Part shown: in pieces, positions 8,885 to 19,992 of the stretch | How positions within the stretch are numbered: position 1 is the first letter of the stretch | Layout: each line of letters begins with the position of its first letter | Assembly (NCBI GenBank): GCA_023415395.1 | Contig: JAEZKN010000152.1 | Span: 1-40,766 of the forward strand | Origin: Actinomycetes bacterium | GTDB lineage: Bacteria; Actinomycetota; Actinomycetes; Propionibacteriales; Nocardioidaceae | DNA length: 40,766 bases | Reading direction: 5' to 3' | Notes under the pieces: model-generated | What the model was told of the DNA's origin: nothing | The model's database searches: none | The model's input: the letters and a program-made list of their open reading frames with translations, nothing else | Translations under genes and position numbers: made by a program

Positions 8885-9936
8885 ATGAGAGACGTTGCCG
8901 TCGTCGGGTTCGCCCAGCGCCAGATGGCCGAGTTCGACGGGTCGCCGACCTGCGTGGAGCTGCTCGTGCCGCTCTTCGCCGAGTGCTACGAGCAGACCGG
9001 CTGGACCCGCCAGGACGTGGGGTTCTGGTGTTCGGGGTCCTCGGACTACCTGGCCGGGCGGTCCTTCTCGTTCGTCCAGGCCGTCGACGCGATCGGCGTG
9101 ATCCCGCCGGTCAACGAGTCCCACGTCGAGATGGACCTGGCCTGGGCGATGTACGAGGCCTGGCTGAAGATCCAGACCGGCGAGGTCGACACCGCACTGG
9201 TCTACGCCTTCGGCAAGTCCTCGGCCGGCGTGCTCCGCCGGTCGCTGAGCCTCCAGCTCGAGCCGTACACGATGACGCCGCTGTGGCCCGACACCGTGTC
9301 GTTGGCCGCGCTGCAGGCGCGGGTCGGCATCGACGCCGGAGCCTGGGACGAGCGGGCCATGGCCGAGGTCGCGAACCGCTCGCTCACCGACGCGGAGAAG
9401 AACGAGTTCGCGGTCCGCAAGGGTGGCTCGTCGGTCGAGGAGCTGCTGGCCCGGCCGGTGTACGCCGACCCCCTGCGCAAGCACGACTGCTCCCCCGTCA
9501 CCGACGGCGCGGCCGCGATCGTGCTGGCCGCGGGCGACCGGGCGCGCGACGTACGCGAGAAGCCCGCGTGGATCAGCGGCATCGCCCACTCCATCGACCC
9601 GATGAGCATGGGCACCCGCGACCTGAACCGCGCTCCCTCCGCCGCCCGCGCGGCGGCCGCCGTGGACCTGGACGGTGTCGAGGTGGCCGAGCTGCACGCG
9701 CCGTTCAGCCACCAGGAGCTGATCCTGCGCCGCGAGCTCGGCCTGCCCGACGACGTCCGCATCAACCCGTCCGGCGGAGCGCTCACGAGCAACCCGATGT
9801 TCTCCGGCGGCGGCATCCGCATCGGCGAGGCGGCGACGCGCATCTGGTCCGGCGAGACCGCCAAGGCGGTCGCCCACGCGACCTCCGGGCCCGCCCTGCA
9901 GCAGAACCTCCTGTGCGTCCTGGAAGGACAGAGCTG

Positions 9937-9937
<1 letters not shown>
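8885..9937 (+). CDS. ltp4: SCP-x thiolase-like sterol side-chain aldolase subunit Ltp4 (Rv3522-like)
   Basis: GFWCSGSSDYLAGRSFSFV, ESHVEMD, HATSGPALQQNL. Confidence 0.87.
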
Positions 9938-11103
<1,166 letters not shown>

Positions 11104-11125
11104 GCGACCCGGCTAGCCTCGGGGC

Positions 11126-11344
11126 ATGGCCGAGCTCTTCCGCACCAACGACGTGGCGCTGATCGCGGTCACCGAGGCCCTCCTCACCGAGGCGGAGATC
11201 CCCTACCAGGTGGCCGACCGGCACTCGTCGGTGCTCGAGGGCTCCCTGCGCTTCCTCCAGATGCGGGTGCTGGTCGTGGACGACCGCATCGAGGAGGCGC
11301 GCGAGCTGCTGCGAGACGCCGACCTGGGCGAGTGGGTCGGCTAG
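11126..11344 (+). CDS. Small DUF2007-like (putative signal-transducing) protein
   Basis: ELFRTND..LLTEAEIP..D.HSSVLEGS..RVLV..EEARELL pattern; leaderless -10 TAGCCT 6 nt upstream. Confidence 0.75.
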   Translation: MAELFRTNDVALIAVTEALLTEAEIPYQVADRHSSVLEGSLRFLQMRVLVVDDRIEEARELLRDADLGEWVG

Positions 11345-11353
11345 TCTCCGGAC

Positions 11354-11665
11354 ATGGGTGAGCTGATCGCGTTCCCGAGCCCCGACCGGGCCCCCGCTGC
11401 CGAGCCCGAGCCACTCTGGCGCGAGGCCGTCGGGAAGGAGCTCCGCGCCGAGCGCCAGGCGGCGCAGCGCACCCTCGCCGACGTCGCCCAGCGGGCGGGC
11501 GTCTCGACCCAGTACCTCTCCGAGGTCGAGCGCGGCCTCAAGGAGCCCAGCTCGGAGGTCCTCGGCGCCGTCGCCGGCGCGCTCGGCCTCCGGCTGGTCG
11601 ACCTCACGACCCGGGTGAGCCGGCAGCTCACCCGGGTCTCGGGCCCGGTCTGCCTGGCCGCTTAG
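11354..11665 (+). CDS. PopR/ClgR-like XRE transcriptional activator
   Basis: PLWRE.VG..LR.ER..RTLADVA.RAGVS.QYLSEVERGLKEPSSEVL; C-terminal LAA; next to a clpP pair. Confidence 0.85.
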   Translation: MGELIAFPSPDRAPAAEPEPLWREAVGKELRAERQAAQRTLADVAQRAGVSTQYLSEVERGLKEPSSEVLGAVAGALGLRLVDLTTRVSRQLTRVSGPVCLAA

Positions 11666-12468
11666 TAGCCCGGGAAGACCCGCCGCAGGTCGTCGAGCGT
11701 CACGCTGCCCTCGACGGTCACGTCGCCGGCGTACGGATCCTTCAGCCGGCCGTTGAGCAGCCGGATGAACGCCTCGGGAGTGCCGTGGAACGTCGCGGTG
11801 GGCGACTCCACGCGCGCGACCACGGTGGCGCCGGAGTCGAGGACCAGGCCCGCCCCCGGCACGGCGACCGAGGCCGGCTCGGGCAGCTCGCCCGGCTTCG
11901 CGGAGAAGCCGAGGATGAAGCCCAGCGGCCCCCGGAAGAGCTCGACGAGCAGCTCGGCCGACTCCGGGTGCACCTGCGCCGCCGGGTCGAGCCCGACCCG
12001 CACGTCCCACGAGTGGTTGGCGACCTCGTTGAGCCGCATGCCGAGCGCGACCTCGAGCGGCACCGGGTCGGGCAGGAAGCCGAGGTCGACCTGCAGCGAC
12101 GCGCGCTGCTCGGCCGAGAGGCCCTCCACCGTCTCGAGCCACCGGGCGTTGTGCTCGACGAACCAGGCCGCCTGGTCCAGGGGGCCGGCCGCGTCCCAGC
12201 GCGCCCAGACAGCATGGGTGTCGGTCGGCTCGACCTGCTCGCCCGCCGCCCGAGCGATCGGCGCGCGGGTGATCTCGGCGCCGCTGCCGAGGTGGGAGAG
12301 CACCTGGGCGACCGTCCACTCCGACGCGCCGCTCGGCGCCTCGAAGGACTCGTCGGGAAGGTTCGGCAGCAGCGCGACGAGGACGTCGTGCTCGGCCCGG
12401 AGGGCGGTGATCGTGCGGTCCACGAGTTGGGTCATGTCCGCACCAACACCTTCCCCGGACCCGGTCAT
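11662..12468 (-). CDS. Mycothiol-dependent maleylpyruvate isomerase (MDMPI/DinB)-family protein; alternative start at 12435
   Basis: [16 protein letters not shown] and [11 protein letters not shown] metal-binding motifs; ATGA overlap with the clpP stop. Confidence 0.8.
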   Translation of the reverse strand: MTGSGEGVGADMTQLVDRTITALRAEHDVLVALLPNLPDESFEAPSGASEWTVAQVLSHLGSGAEITRAPIARAAGEQVEPTDTHAVWARWDAAGPLDQAAWFVEHNARWLETVEGLSAEQRASLQVDLGFLPDPVPLEVALGMRLNEVANHSWDVRVGLDPAAQVHPESAELLVELFRGPLGFILGFSAKPGELPEPASVAVPGAGLVLDSGATVVARVESPTATFHGTPEAFIRLLNGRLKDPYAGDVTVEGSVTLDDLRRVFPGY

Positions 12469-13067
12469 TCCAGCGCGAGCTTCCGGCTGTCGAGCACGCC
12501 GTCGGCCAGGCCGTAGGCCACCGCCTCCTCGGCGGAGAGGATCAGGTCGCGGTCGGTGTCCTCGCGCAGCCGCTCCACGGACTGCCCCGTGTGCCGCGCG
12601 AGGATCTCCTCCATCGCCCCGCGCAGACGCACGATCTCCTTGGCCTGCAGCGCGAGGTCCGGCAGCGTGCCCTGGCCACCACCTGAGGGTTGGTGCAGCA
12701 CGACGCGCGCGTGTGGGAGCACCATCCGGCTGCCCGGCGTACCACCGGCGAGGAGGACGGCGGCGCCGGACGCGGCCTGCCCCACGCACGTGGTGCCGAC
12801 GGGCGAGCGGACGAACTCCATCGTGTCGTAGATCGCGAGCATCGCCGTGACCGAGCCGCCGGGCGAGTTCAGGTAGAGGTTGATCGGCGTCTCCGGGCTC
12901 TCCGACTCCAGGTGCAGGAGCTGGGCGATGACGACGTTGGCGACGCCGTCGTCGATCTCGGTGCCGATGTAGACGATCCGGTCGGTGAGCAGCCGGCTGT
13001 AGATGTCGACCGCCCGCTCCCCGCGCACGGTCTTCTCGACCACCGACGGGATGGTGTAGGTGCTCAT
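12465..13067 (-). CDS. clpP: Clp protease proteolytic subunit (ClpP4-like paralog)
   Basis: Start [11 protein letters not shown] (ATGA overlap); [15 protein letters not shown], catalytic Ser (GQAAS), His (LHQP), Asp (RD). Confidence 0.9.
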   Translation of the reverse strand: MSTYTIPSVVEKTVRGERAVDIYSRLLTDRIVYIGTEIDDGVANVVIAQLLHLESESPETPINLYLNSPGGSVTAMLAIYDTMEFVRSPVGTTCVGQAASGAAVLLAGGTPGSRMVLPHARVVLHQPSGGGQGTLPDLALQAKEIVRLRGAMEEILARHTGQSVERLREDTDRDLILSAEEAVAYGLADGVLDSRKLALE

Positions 13068-13672
13068 CGGCCGACTCCGAAGGCGGCGGCGGGACGAGCC
13101 GGCGTCACCGCGGCGACGTCGGTCAGCACCTGGTCGACGAAGCCGTACTCGCGCGCCTCCTCGGCGGTGAACCACCGGTCGCGCAGCGAGTCCCGCTCGA
13201 CCCGATCACGCGGCTGCCCGGTGTGCTCGGCGATGAGGTCGAGCAGCACGTTCTTCACGTGCTCGAGGTTCTCAGCCTGGATCTCGATGTCGATCGCCGT
13301 CCCGCCGATCCCGGCCGAGCCCTGGTGCATGAGGATCCGCGAGTGCGGCAGCGCGAAGCGCTTGCCCGGCGTGCCCGCAGAGAGCAGGAACTGGCCCATG
13401 CTGGCCGCCAGGCCCATCGCGAGCGTGCTGACGTCGTTCGGGATCAGCCGCATGGTGTCGTAGATGGCCAGGCCGGCGCTGACCGAGCCGCCGGGAGAGT
13501 TGATGTAGAGGCTGATGTCGCGGTGCGGGTCCTCGGCCGAGAGGAGCAGGAGCTCGGCGCAGATCTTGTTGGCGATCGTGTCGTCGACCTCCTGGCCGAG
13601 GACGATGATGCGCTGGTGCAGCAGCCGGTCGGCCGCGGAGAGCCCGGAGGCGGGGGTCGGTGTCTGGGTCAT
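13064..13672 (-). CDS. clpP: Clp protease proteolytic subunit (ClpP3-like paralog)
   Basis: [30 protein letters not shown]; catalytic triad intact. Confidence 0.92.
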   Translation of the reverse strand: MTQTPTPASGLSAADRLLHQRIIVLGQEVDDTIANKICAELLLLSAEDPHRDISLYINSPGGSVSAGLAIYDTMRLIPNDVSTLAMGLAASMGQFLLSAGTPGKRFALPHSRILMHQGSAGIGGTAIDIEIQAENLEHVKNVLLDLIAEHTGQPRDRVERDSLRDRWFTAEEAREYGFVDQVLTDVAAVTPARPAAAFGVGR

Positions 13673-13699
13673 GCCTCCAGGGTTCGGCCCCGCCCGACC

Positions 13700-14614
13700 T
13701 CAGGGAAGCGGATCCGCTCCCGGCAGATCCGCTGGGAGCAGATCCAGCGACGCGAGCGCCGAGTCCAGCTGCTCGACCGAGCTGACGCCGACGATCGGCT
13801 TCCAGCCGCGCCCCACCAGCCAGGCGAGGACCAGGCGGGACCGGGGTACGCCGCGCGCCTCGGCCTCCCGGGTCAGCGCGGCCATCCGCGCGGTCGTGCC
13901 GGGGTGGTCGTAGGCCTCGGGGAACGGCCGGTCGTCGCGGTCGTAGCTGCCCTGGACGAGCGGGCTGTAGACCCACAGCTCGACGTCCGGGTGCTCGTCG
14001 AGGTAGTCGACGGTCTCGTCGCTGACGAACCCGAACCGGTGGTCCTTGCCCGGCACCTGCGCGCCCGGGCGCGGGTCGACGTAGGACGTCGTGAGCTGGA
14101 GGGCGGTCCACGGCTCGACCCCCATCGCAGCCGCGAGGGCCCGGCCGCGCTCGACCCGCCACGTCGGGTGGTTGGAGACGCCGAGGCGGCGCACCAGGCC
14201 ACGCGAGACCAGGCCGCCGAACGCGGAGACCGTCTCCTCCAGGTCGGTGGCCCGGTCCTCCCCGTGCGCCCAGTAGACGTCGATCGTCTCGATGCCCAGG
14301 CGCTCCAGGCTCCGAGCGGACTCGCGCTCGATCACCGCCGCCGAGAGACCCTCGATGCCGCCGTCGTCGGTGGGCTCCACGCCGACCTTCGTGGCGATCA
14401 CGAGCTCGTCGCGCAGGCCCGGGTTGGCCGCCAGCCACCGGCCCAGCAGCTCCTCGCTCTGGCCGCCGTGGCCGGTCGGCGAGGACCAGAAGGAGTAGCA
14501 GTTGGCGGTGTCGAGGGTGCGGCCGCCGGCCTCGACGAACCGGTCGAGCAGCGCGAAGGACGTCGCCTCGTCCGTACGGGTGCCGAAGTACATCGTGCCG
14601 AGGATGAGGTCCAT
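13700..14614 (-). CDS. Aldo/keto reductase
   Basis: LGTMYFG, LDTANCY, SEELLG, IATKVG, SLERLGIETIDVYWAH, LGVSN, YSPL. Confidence 0.9.
   Translation of the reverse strand: MDLILGTMYFGTRTDEATSFALLDRFVEAGGRTLDTANCYSFWSSPTGHGGQSEELLGRWLAANPGLRDELVIATKVGVEPTDDGGIEGLSAAVIERESARSLERLGIETIDVYWAHGEDRATDLEETVSAFGGLVSRGLVRRLGVSNHPTWRVERGRALAAAMGVEPWTALQLTTSYVDPRPGAQVPGKDHRFGFVSDETVDYLDEHPDVELWVYSPLVQGSYDRDDRPFPEAYDHPGTTARMAALTREAEARGVPRSRLVLAWLVGRGWKPIVGVSSVEQLDSALASLDLLPADLPGADPLP
13713..13742 (-). promoter_or_regulatory. PopR-type tandem palindromic activator site upstream of the clpP pair
   Basis: Minus strand TCTGCT-CCC-AGCGGA-TCTGCC-GGG-AGCGGA, resembling the (TCTGCC-N3-GGCAGA)2 PopR site of the Streptomyces lividans clpP3 promoter. 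Confidence 0.75.
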
Positions 14615-14640
14615 GATCCGAGCCTAGATAGGGTTTCGGG

Positions 14641-15408
14641 GTGATCGAGCTCCGCACCCCGAACCAGATCGAGCAGATGCGCCCGGCCGGGCACTTCGTC
14701 GCCGACGTCATCACCGCGCTCGCCGAGAAGGCCGACGTGGGAGTGAACCTGCTCGAGCTCGACGAGCTCGCGCACGCGATGATCCGCGAGCGCGGCGCGG
14801 AGTCGTGCTACATCGACTACCACCCGTCGTTCGGCGCCTCACCCTTCGGCAAGGTCCTCTGCACCTCGGTCAACGACGCCGTGCTGCACGGCCTCCCCCA
14901 CGACTACGCCCTCCAGGACGGCGACCTGCTCAGCGTCGACTTCGCCGCGAGCGTCGACGGCTGGGTCGCCGACTCCGCGCTGAGCGTCGTCGTCGGCACG
15001 CCCCGCCCGGAGGACCTCGACCTGATCGAGACCACCGGGCGGGCCCTGGACGCCGCGATCGCCGAGGCGAAGCCGGGCAACCGCCTCGGCGACATCTCCG
15101 CCGCCATCGGCGACGTGGCCCGGTCCGCCGGGCTCGGCGTCAACCTGCAGTTCGGCGGGCACGGCGTCGGCCGCACCATGCACGGCGAGCCGCACGTGCC
15201 CAACGACGGTCGGGCCGGGCGCGGCCTGAAGCTGCGGCCGGGCCTGGTGATCGCGATCGAGCCGTGGTTCCTGCACACCACCGACGAGATCTACACCGAC
15301 GAGGACGGCTGGACGCTGCGCAGCAAGGACGGCTCCCGCGGCGCCCACATGGAGCACACGGTGGCCATCACCATCGACGGCCCGCTGGTGCTCACCGCCC
15401 GCGACTGA
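14641..15408 (+). CDS. map: Type I methionine aminopeptidase
   Basis: CTSVNDAVLHGLP, SVD..DS, GHGVG..MH, IAIEP, AHMEHTV metal ligands. Confidence 0.95.
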   Translation: MIELRTPNQIEQMRPAGHFVADVITALAEKADVGVNLLELDELAHAMIRERGAESCYIDYHPSFGASPFGKVLCTSVNDAVLHGLPHDYALQDGDLLSVDFAASVDGWVADSALSVVVGTPRPEDLDLIETTGRALDAAIAEAKPGNRLGDISAAIGDVARSAGLGVNLQFGGHGVGRTMHGEPHVPNDGRAGRGLKLRPGLVIAIEPWFLHTTDEIYTDEDGWTLRSKDGSRGAHMEHTVAITIDGPLVLTARD

Positions 15409-15428
15409 AGCCGGGGTGGGTCGGCGCC

Positions 15429-16667
15429 TCAGGCGTAGCGGACCTGCAGCTCCTTGAGGCCGTTGACCCAGGAGTGCCGCAGGCGCGCCGGCTCGGCGAG
15501 CTTGCTGATGTCGGGGGCGTGGTCGGCCAGGGCGTTGAAGATGACCCGGATCTCCTGGCGGGCCAGGTTGGCGCCGAGGCAGTAGTGGGCGCCGTGGCCA
15601 CCGAAGCCCAGCTGCGGGTTGGGGTCGCGCAGGACGTCGAAGGTGAACGGGTCCTCGAAGACGTCCTCGTCGAAGTTCGCGCTGGCGTAGAAGAGCGCCG
15701 CCCGCTCGCCCTTCTTGAACTGCACGCCGCCGACCTCGACGTCGTTGAGCGCGGTGCGCTGGAAGACGCTGACCGGCGTCGCCCACCGGACCACCTCGTC
15801 GACCATGGTCGCCGGACGGTCGCGCTTCCAGATCTCCCACTGCTCGGGGTTGTCGAGGAAGGCGTTCATGCCGTGCGAGATCGCGTTGCGCGTGGTCTCG
15901 TTGCCCGCCACCGCCAGCAGGATGACGAAGTAGCCGAACTCGTCGTCGGTGAGGCCGCGCTCGCCCTTGTGCGCGTTGATCAGCTTGGTGATGAGGTCAT
16001 CGCGCGGGTTGGCCTTGCGCTCGGCCGCCAGCATCATCGCGTAGCCGAGGATCTCCGCGGCCGCGACGTCGTTCTCGCCGGCGTAGTCGGGGTCCTCGCC
16101 GGCCAGCATCTGGTTGGACCAGTCGAAGAGCTTGTGGCGGTCCTCCTGCGGCACGCCGATGAGGTCGGCGATCGCCTGGAGCGGAAGCTCGGCCGCGATC
16201 TCCTCGACGAAGTTGCCGGTGCCGCGGGCGACCGCCGCCTGCACGATCTCGTTGCCGCGGCGGACCATCGTCTCCTCGAGCTCCGCGATGGAGCGGGGCG
16301 TGAAGCCACGGGAGATGATCGCGCGGGTCTGGGTGTGCTCGGGCGGGTCCTGGTTGATGAGGATGACGCGCTGGAGCTCGATCTGCTCGCGCAGCATCTC
16401 GGTGGGGAACCGGATGATCGCGCCGTTCTCGTAGGTCGACCAGTTCTTGCTGTCCTTGGAGATCGCCGAGACGTCCTCGTGCCGGGTCACCGCGTAGTAG
16501 CCCGCCTGCCCCTCCGGCGCGAAGCCCGTGGTCCACGCGGGCTCCTGGTCCACCCACACGATCGGCGAGTGCTGGCGGGCCGCGCGGAACTGCTCGTGCG
16601 GGATCGCGGCCTGGTTCACGTCGGGGTCGGTGAAGTCGAATCCCTCGGGCAGGGCGGTAGCGGTCAC
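15429..16667 (-). CDS. cyp125: Cytochrome P450 CYP125-like steroid C26-monooxygenase
   Basis: GTG start (TATALPEGFDFTDP); AVAGNETT, EVVR, FGGHGAHYCLG heme motif; divergent from fadA5 as in mycobacteria. Confidence 0.88.
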   Translation of the reverse strand: MTATALPEGFDFTDPDVNQAAIPHEQFRAARQHSPIVWVDQEPAWTTGFAPEGQAGYYAVTRHEDVSAISKDSKNWSTYENGAIIRFPTEMLREQIELQRVILINQDPPEHTQTRAIISRGFTPRSIAELEETMVRRGNEIVQAAVARGTGNFVEEIAAELPLQAIADLIGVPQEDRHKLFDWSNQMLAGEDPDYAGENDVAAAEILGYAMMLAAERKANPRDDLITKLINAHKGERGLTDDEFGYFVILLAVAGNETTRNAISHGMNAFLDNPEQWEIWKRDRPATMVDEVVRWATPVSVFQRTALNDVEVGGVQFKKGERAALFYASANFDEDVFEDPFTFDVLRDPNPQLGFGGHGAHYCLGANLARQEIRVIFNALADHAPDISKLAEPARLRHSWVNGLKELQVRYA

Positions 16668-16687
16668 GGGAGGTCCCTCTCGTCGGA

Positions 16688-16701
16688 TGGAACACGTTCT
16701 A
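16688..16701. promoter_or_regulatory. KstR operator (cyp125 side)
   Basis: TGGAACACGTTCTA. Confidence 0.87.
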
Positions 16702-16750
16702 GTGACGGACAATACATACCGAAGGTACGGAAGGGAAGATTGTCCCGGAT

Positions 16751-16764
16751 GAGAACGTGTTCTA
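16751..16764. promoter_or_regulatory. KstR operator (fadA5 side)
   Basis: GAGAACGTGTTCTA, overlapping -10 TAGTTT 6 nt before the ATG at 16775. Confidence 0.85.
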
Positions 16765-16765
16765 G

Positions 16766-17938
<1,173 letters not shown>

Positions 17939-17944
17939 CTGGCT

Positions 17945-18026
17945 GGCTCTGGAGAGTTTCATCGGCCGGCCGACAAAACTCACGCCTGGACGATGAACCT
18001 TTGTCGGCCAGGCATGAGTTTCGTGG
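17945..18026 (+). repeat. Left inverted repeat (nested hairpins)
   Basis: GGCTCTGGAGAGTTTCATCGGCCGGCCGACAAAACTCACGCCTGGACGATGAACCTTTGTCGGCCAGGCATGAGTTTCGTGG. Confidence 0.92.
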
Positions 18027-18092
18027 CGACGGCTATCCACAGATACGCCGCTGAGCCCCGGAGCGCCTCCCCCAGCGGGAAGTCTGCTGGGC

Positions 18093-19034
18093 ATGAGCCT
18101 CATCCCCTTCGACCAGCACGGACTGCTGCTCCGGCGTGATGCCGTCCGAGCCGGCTTCGACGACAACTGGCTGCACCGCATGGTCCGCGACCACGCCCTG
18201 AGCCACATCCGTCACGGCGCCTACGCGAACCCCGCCATCTGGCTCCCGGCCACACCGACTCAGCGTCACGTGCTCCTCGGCCGTGCGGTGATGCAGCAGT
18301 ACGACGAGCGCGTGGCCCTGTCGCATGCGAGCGCTCATGTCCGGCGCGGCGGACCGGACTGGGGGATCGACCTCTCCAACGTGAACATCACCAACCTGTT
18401 CGGACGCGGCGACCGCACCCAGTCCGGGATCACCCACCACCGGGGCTGGGTCGGCGTGCGGGACGTCTCGCGCCTCGACGGGCACTGGATCACCGCGCCC
18501 GGTCGCACCGCGGTGGAGACCGCGGCGGCGCTGGCTCACGTCCCGGCCGTGGCCGTCCTCGACTGGACCCTGCGCCAGGGCCTTGCCACACCGGAGGAGC
18601 TGGACGCGTACGCGCGCGCTCACATGCGCGAGTGGCCTGGCACCGTCGGGCTGCCCGAGGCCGTCGACGACAGCGACCCTCGCACCGAGTCGGTCGGCGA
18701 GACGCGGACCCGACTCATGTTCCGGCGCGCCGGGCTCCAGGTCGAGCCGCAGTGGCAGGTGTACCACCCGTCGGGACGTCTTGCCGGACGCGTCGATCTC
18801 CTCGTCCCTGAGCTCGGTCTTCTCGTCGAGTTCGACGGTGCTATCAAGTACGGCCGGCTGCTCGAGCCTGGGCAGTCGATCAGCGACGTCATCCGTGCGG
18901 AGCGCGCGCGGGAGGTCCTGCTCGAGGAGCTGACCGGGCTGCGCATGTTCCGCGTGATCTGGCCGGACCTCGGCCGCCCCGACCACACGATCGGCCGAGC
19001 TCGCCGCGTTGCTGCTACGCGCCGAGCGGCCTGA
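18093..19034 (+). CDS. AbiEi-like wHTH plus DUF559/Vsr-like putative nuclease (Rv3555c/Rv3517-like family)
   Basis: N-terminal GLLLRRDA..AG..L..IRHGAY; central LSHASA and TAPGRTAVE; C-terminal ESVGETRTRL..PQ..RVDL..VEFDG.IKY..RE..G..MFRV.W. Confidence 0.78.
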   Translation: MSLIPFDQHGLLLRRDAVRAGFDDNWLHRMVRDHALSHIRHGAYANPAIWLPATPTQRHVLLGRAVMQQYDERVALSHASAHVRRGGPDWGIDLSNVNITNLFGRGDRTQSGITHHRGWVGVRDVSRLDGHWITAPGRTAVETAAALAHVPAVAVLDWTLRQGLATPEELDAYARAHMREWPGTVGLPEAVDDSDPRTESVGETRTRLMFRRAGLQVEPQWQVYHPSGRLAGRVDLLVPELGLLVEFDGAIKYGRLLEPGQSISDVIRAERAREVLLEELTGLRMFRVIWPDLGRPDHTIGRARRVAATRRAA

Positions 19035-19037
19035 TGC

Positions 19038-19119
19038 CCACGAAACTCATGCTCGGACGATGAAGCTTTGTCGTCCCGGAGTGAGTTTCATCGGCCGGCC
19101 GATGAAACTCTCAAGAGCC
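19038..19119 (-). repeat. Right inverted repeat containing a perfect 28-bp palindrome (19083-19110)
   Basis: GAGTTTCATCGGCC|GGCCGATGAAACTC; its reverse complement aligns without gaps to the left repeat. Confidence 0.92.
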
Positions 19120-19992
19120 GTAGACGGGCTCCGGCGCGGGAGCCGCGGCGAGGAGCTCGCGCAGGGCGGGACCGACCTCGGCCGCCTCCCAGCGGCGCCC
19201 GAGGTCGCGAGCGGGGCCGTGGGCCCAGCCGGTCTCCACCGTGATCGTCGACCCGTCGATCTCGATCACCCGGCCGGTGACGTCGCCGGCCTCCGCGGCG
19301 GCCAGCCAGGCGACGATCGGCGAGTTGTCCTCGGGGAGCGCCATCGCCGAGGTGTCGAAGGCGCCCTCGGTCATCCGGGTGCGCGCCACCGGCGCGATGG
19401 CGTTGACCGTGACGCCGTAGCGGCCCATCTCCTGGGCGGCGACGAGGGTGAGGCCGGCGATGCCGGCCTTGGCCGCGGAGTACGTCGCCTGGCCGACCGA
19501 GCCCTGGAGACCTGCCCCGGACGAGGTGTTGACGACGCGGGCCGACCGCTGGCGGCCCGCCTTGGCCTCGCTGCGCCAGTAGGCACCGGCGTGCCGCAGC
19601 GGCGCGAAGTGACCCTTGAGGTGGACCCGGATCACGGCGTCCCACTCCTCCTCGGAGGTGTTGACCAGCATCCGGTCGCGCACGAACCCGGCGTTGTTGA
19701 CCAGGACGTCGAGGGCGCCGAAGGTGTCGATGGCCTGCTGCACCATGGCGGCGGCCTGCTCGAAGTCCGCGACGTCGGCGGTGTTGACGACGGCCCGCCC
19801 GTCCGCCGCCTCGATCTCGGCGACGACGGACTCCGCCGGGGTCTCCCCGGTCCCCTCGCCGGCGATCGACACCCCGTAGTCGTTGACGACCACGGCCGCG
19901 CCGTGGCGCGCCAGCTCGAGCGCGTGCGCCCGGCCGATCCCGCGGCCGGCGCCGGTCACGATGGCGACCCGGCCTTCGAGAAGCTTGCTCAT
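19111..19992 (-). CDS. SDR oxidoreductase (Rv3548c-like)
   Basis: Start MSKLLEGRVAIVTGAGRGIG; NNAG, YSAAK; KstR2-cluster synteny. Confidence 0.88.
   Translation of the reverse strand: MSKLLEGRVAIVTGAGRGIGRAHALELARHGAAVVVNDYGVSIAGEGTGETPAESVVAEIEAADGRAVVNTADVADFEQAAAMVQQAIDTFGALDVLVNNAGFVRDRMLVNTSEEEWDAVIRVHLKGHFAPLRHAGAYWRSEAKAGRQRSARVVNTSSGAGLQGSVGQATYSAAKAGIAGLTLVAAQEMGRYGVTVNAIAPVARTRMTEGAFDTSAMALPEDNSPIVAWLAAAEAGDVTGRVIEIDGSTITVETGWAHGPARDLGRRWEAAEVGPALRELLAAAPAPEPVYGS

Larger units (their letters stand above)
17945..19119. mobile_element. Candidate mobile element: AbiEi/DUF559-like gene enclosed by 82-bp composite inverted repeats
   Basis: IRs at 17945-18026 and 19038-19119 (69/82 identical by manual alignment) bracket one gene between convergent steroid genes; no transposase motif or TSD seen. 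Confidence 0.6.

Noticed and set aside
18033..18041. DnaA-box-like CTATCCACA upstream of the nuclease gene
   Set aside because: A single copy with one mismatch cannot be distinguished from chance without comparing homologous elements
18093..19034. Type IV toxin-antitoxin (AbiE) system
   Set aside because: No AbiEii nucleotidyltransferase gene is adjacent; the protein has an extra nuclease-like C-terminus and is enclosed by IRs
19031..19110. Hammerhead ribozyme-like CTGATG...GAAAC words
   Set aside because: The core CUGANGA is not matched (CTGATGC, CGATGAA) and stems I-III cannot be assembled; the words belong to the palindromic IR
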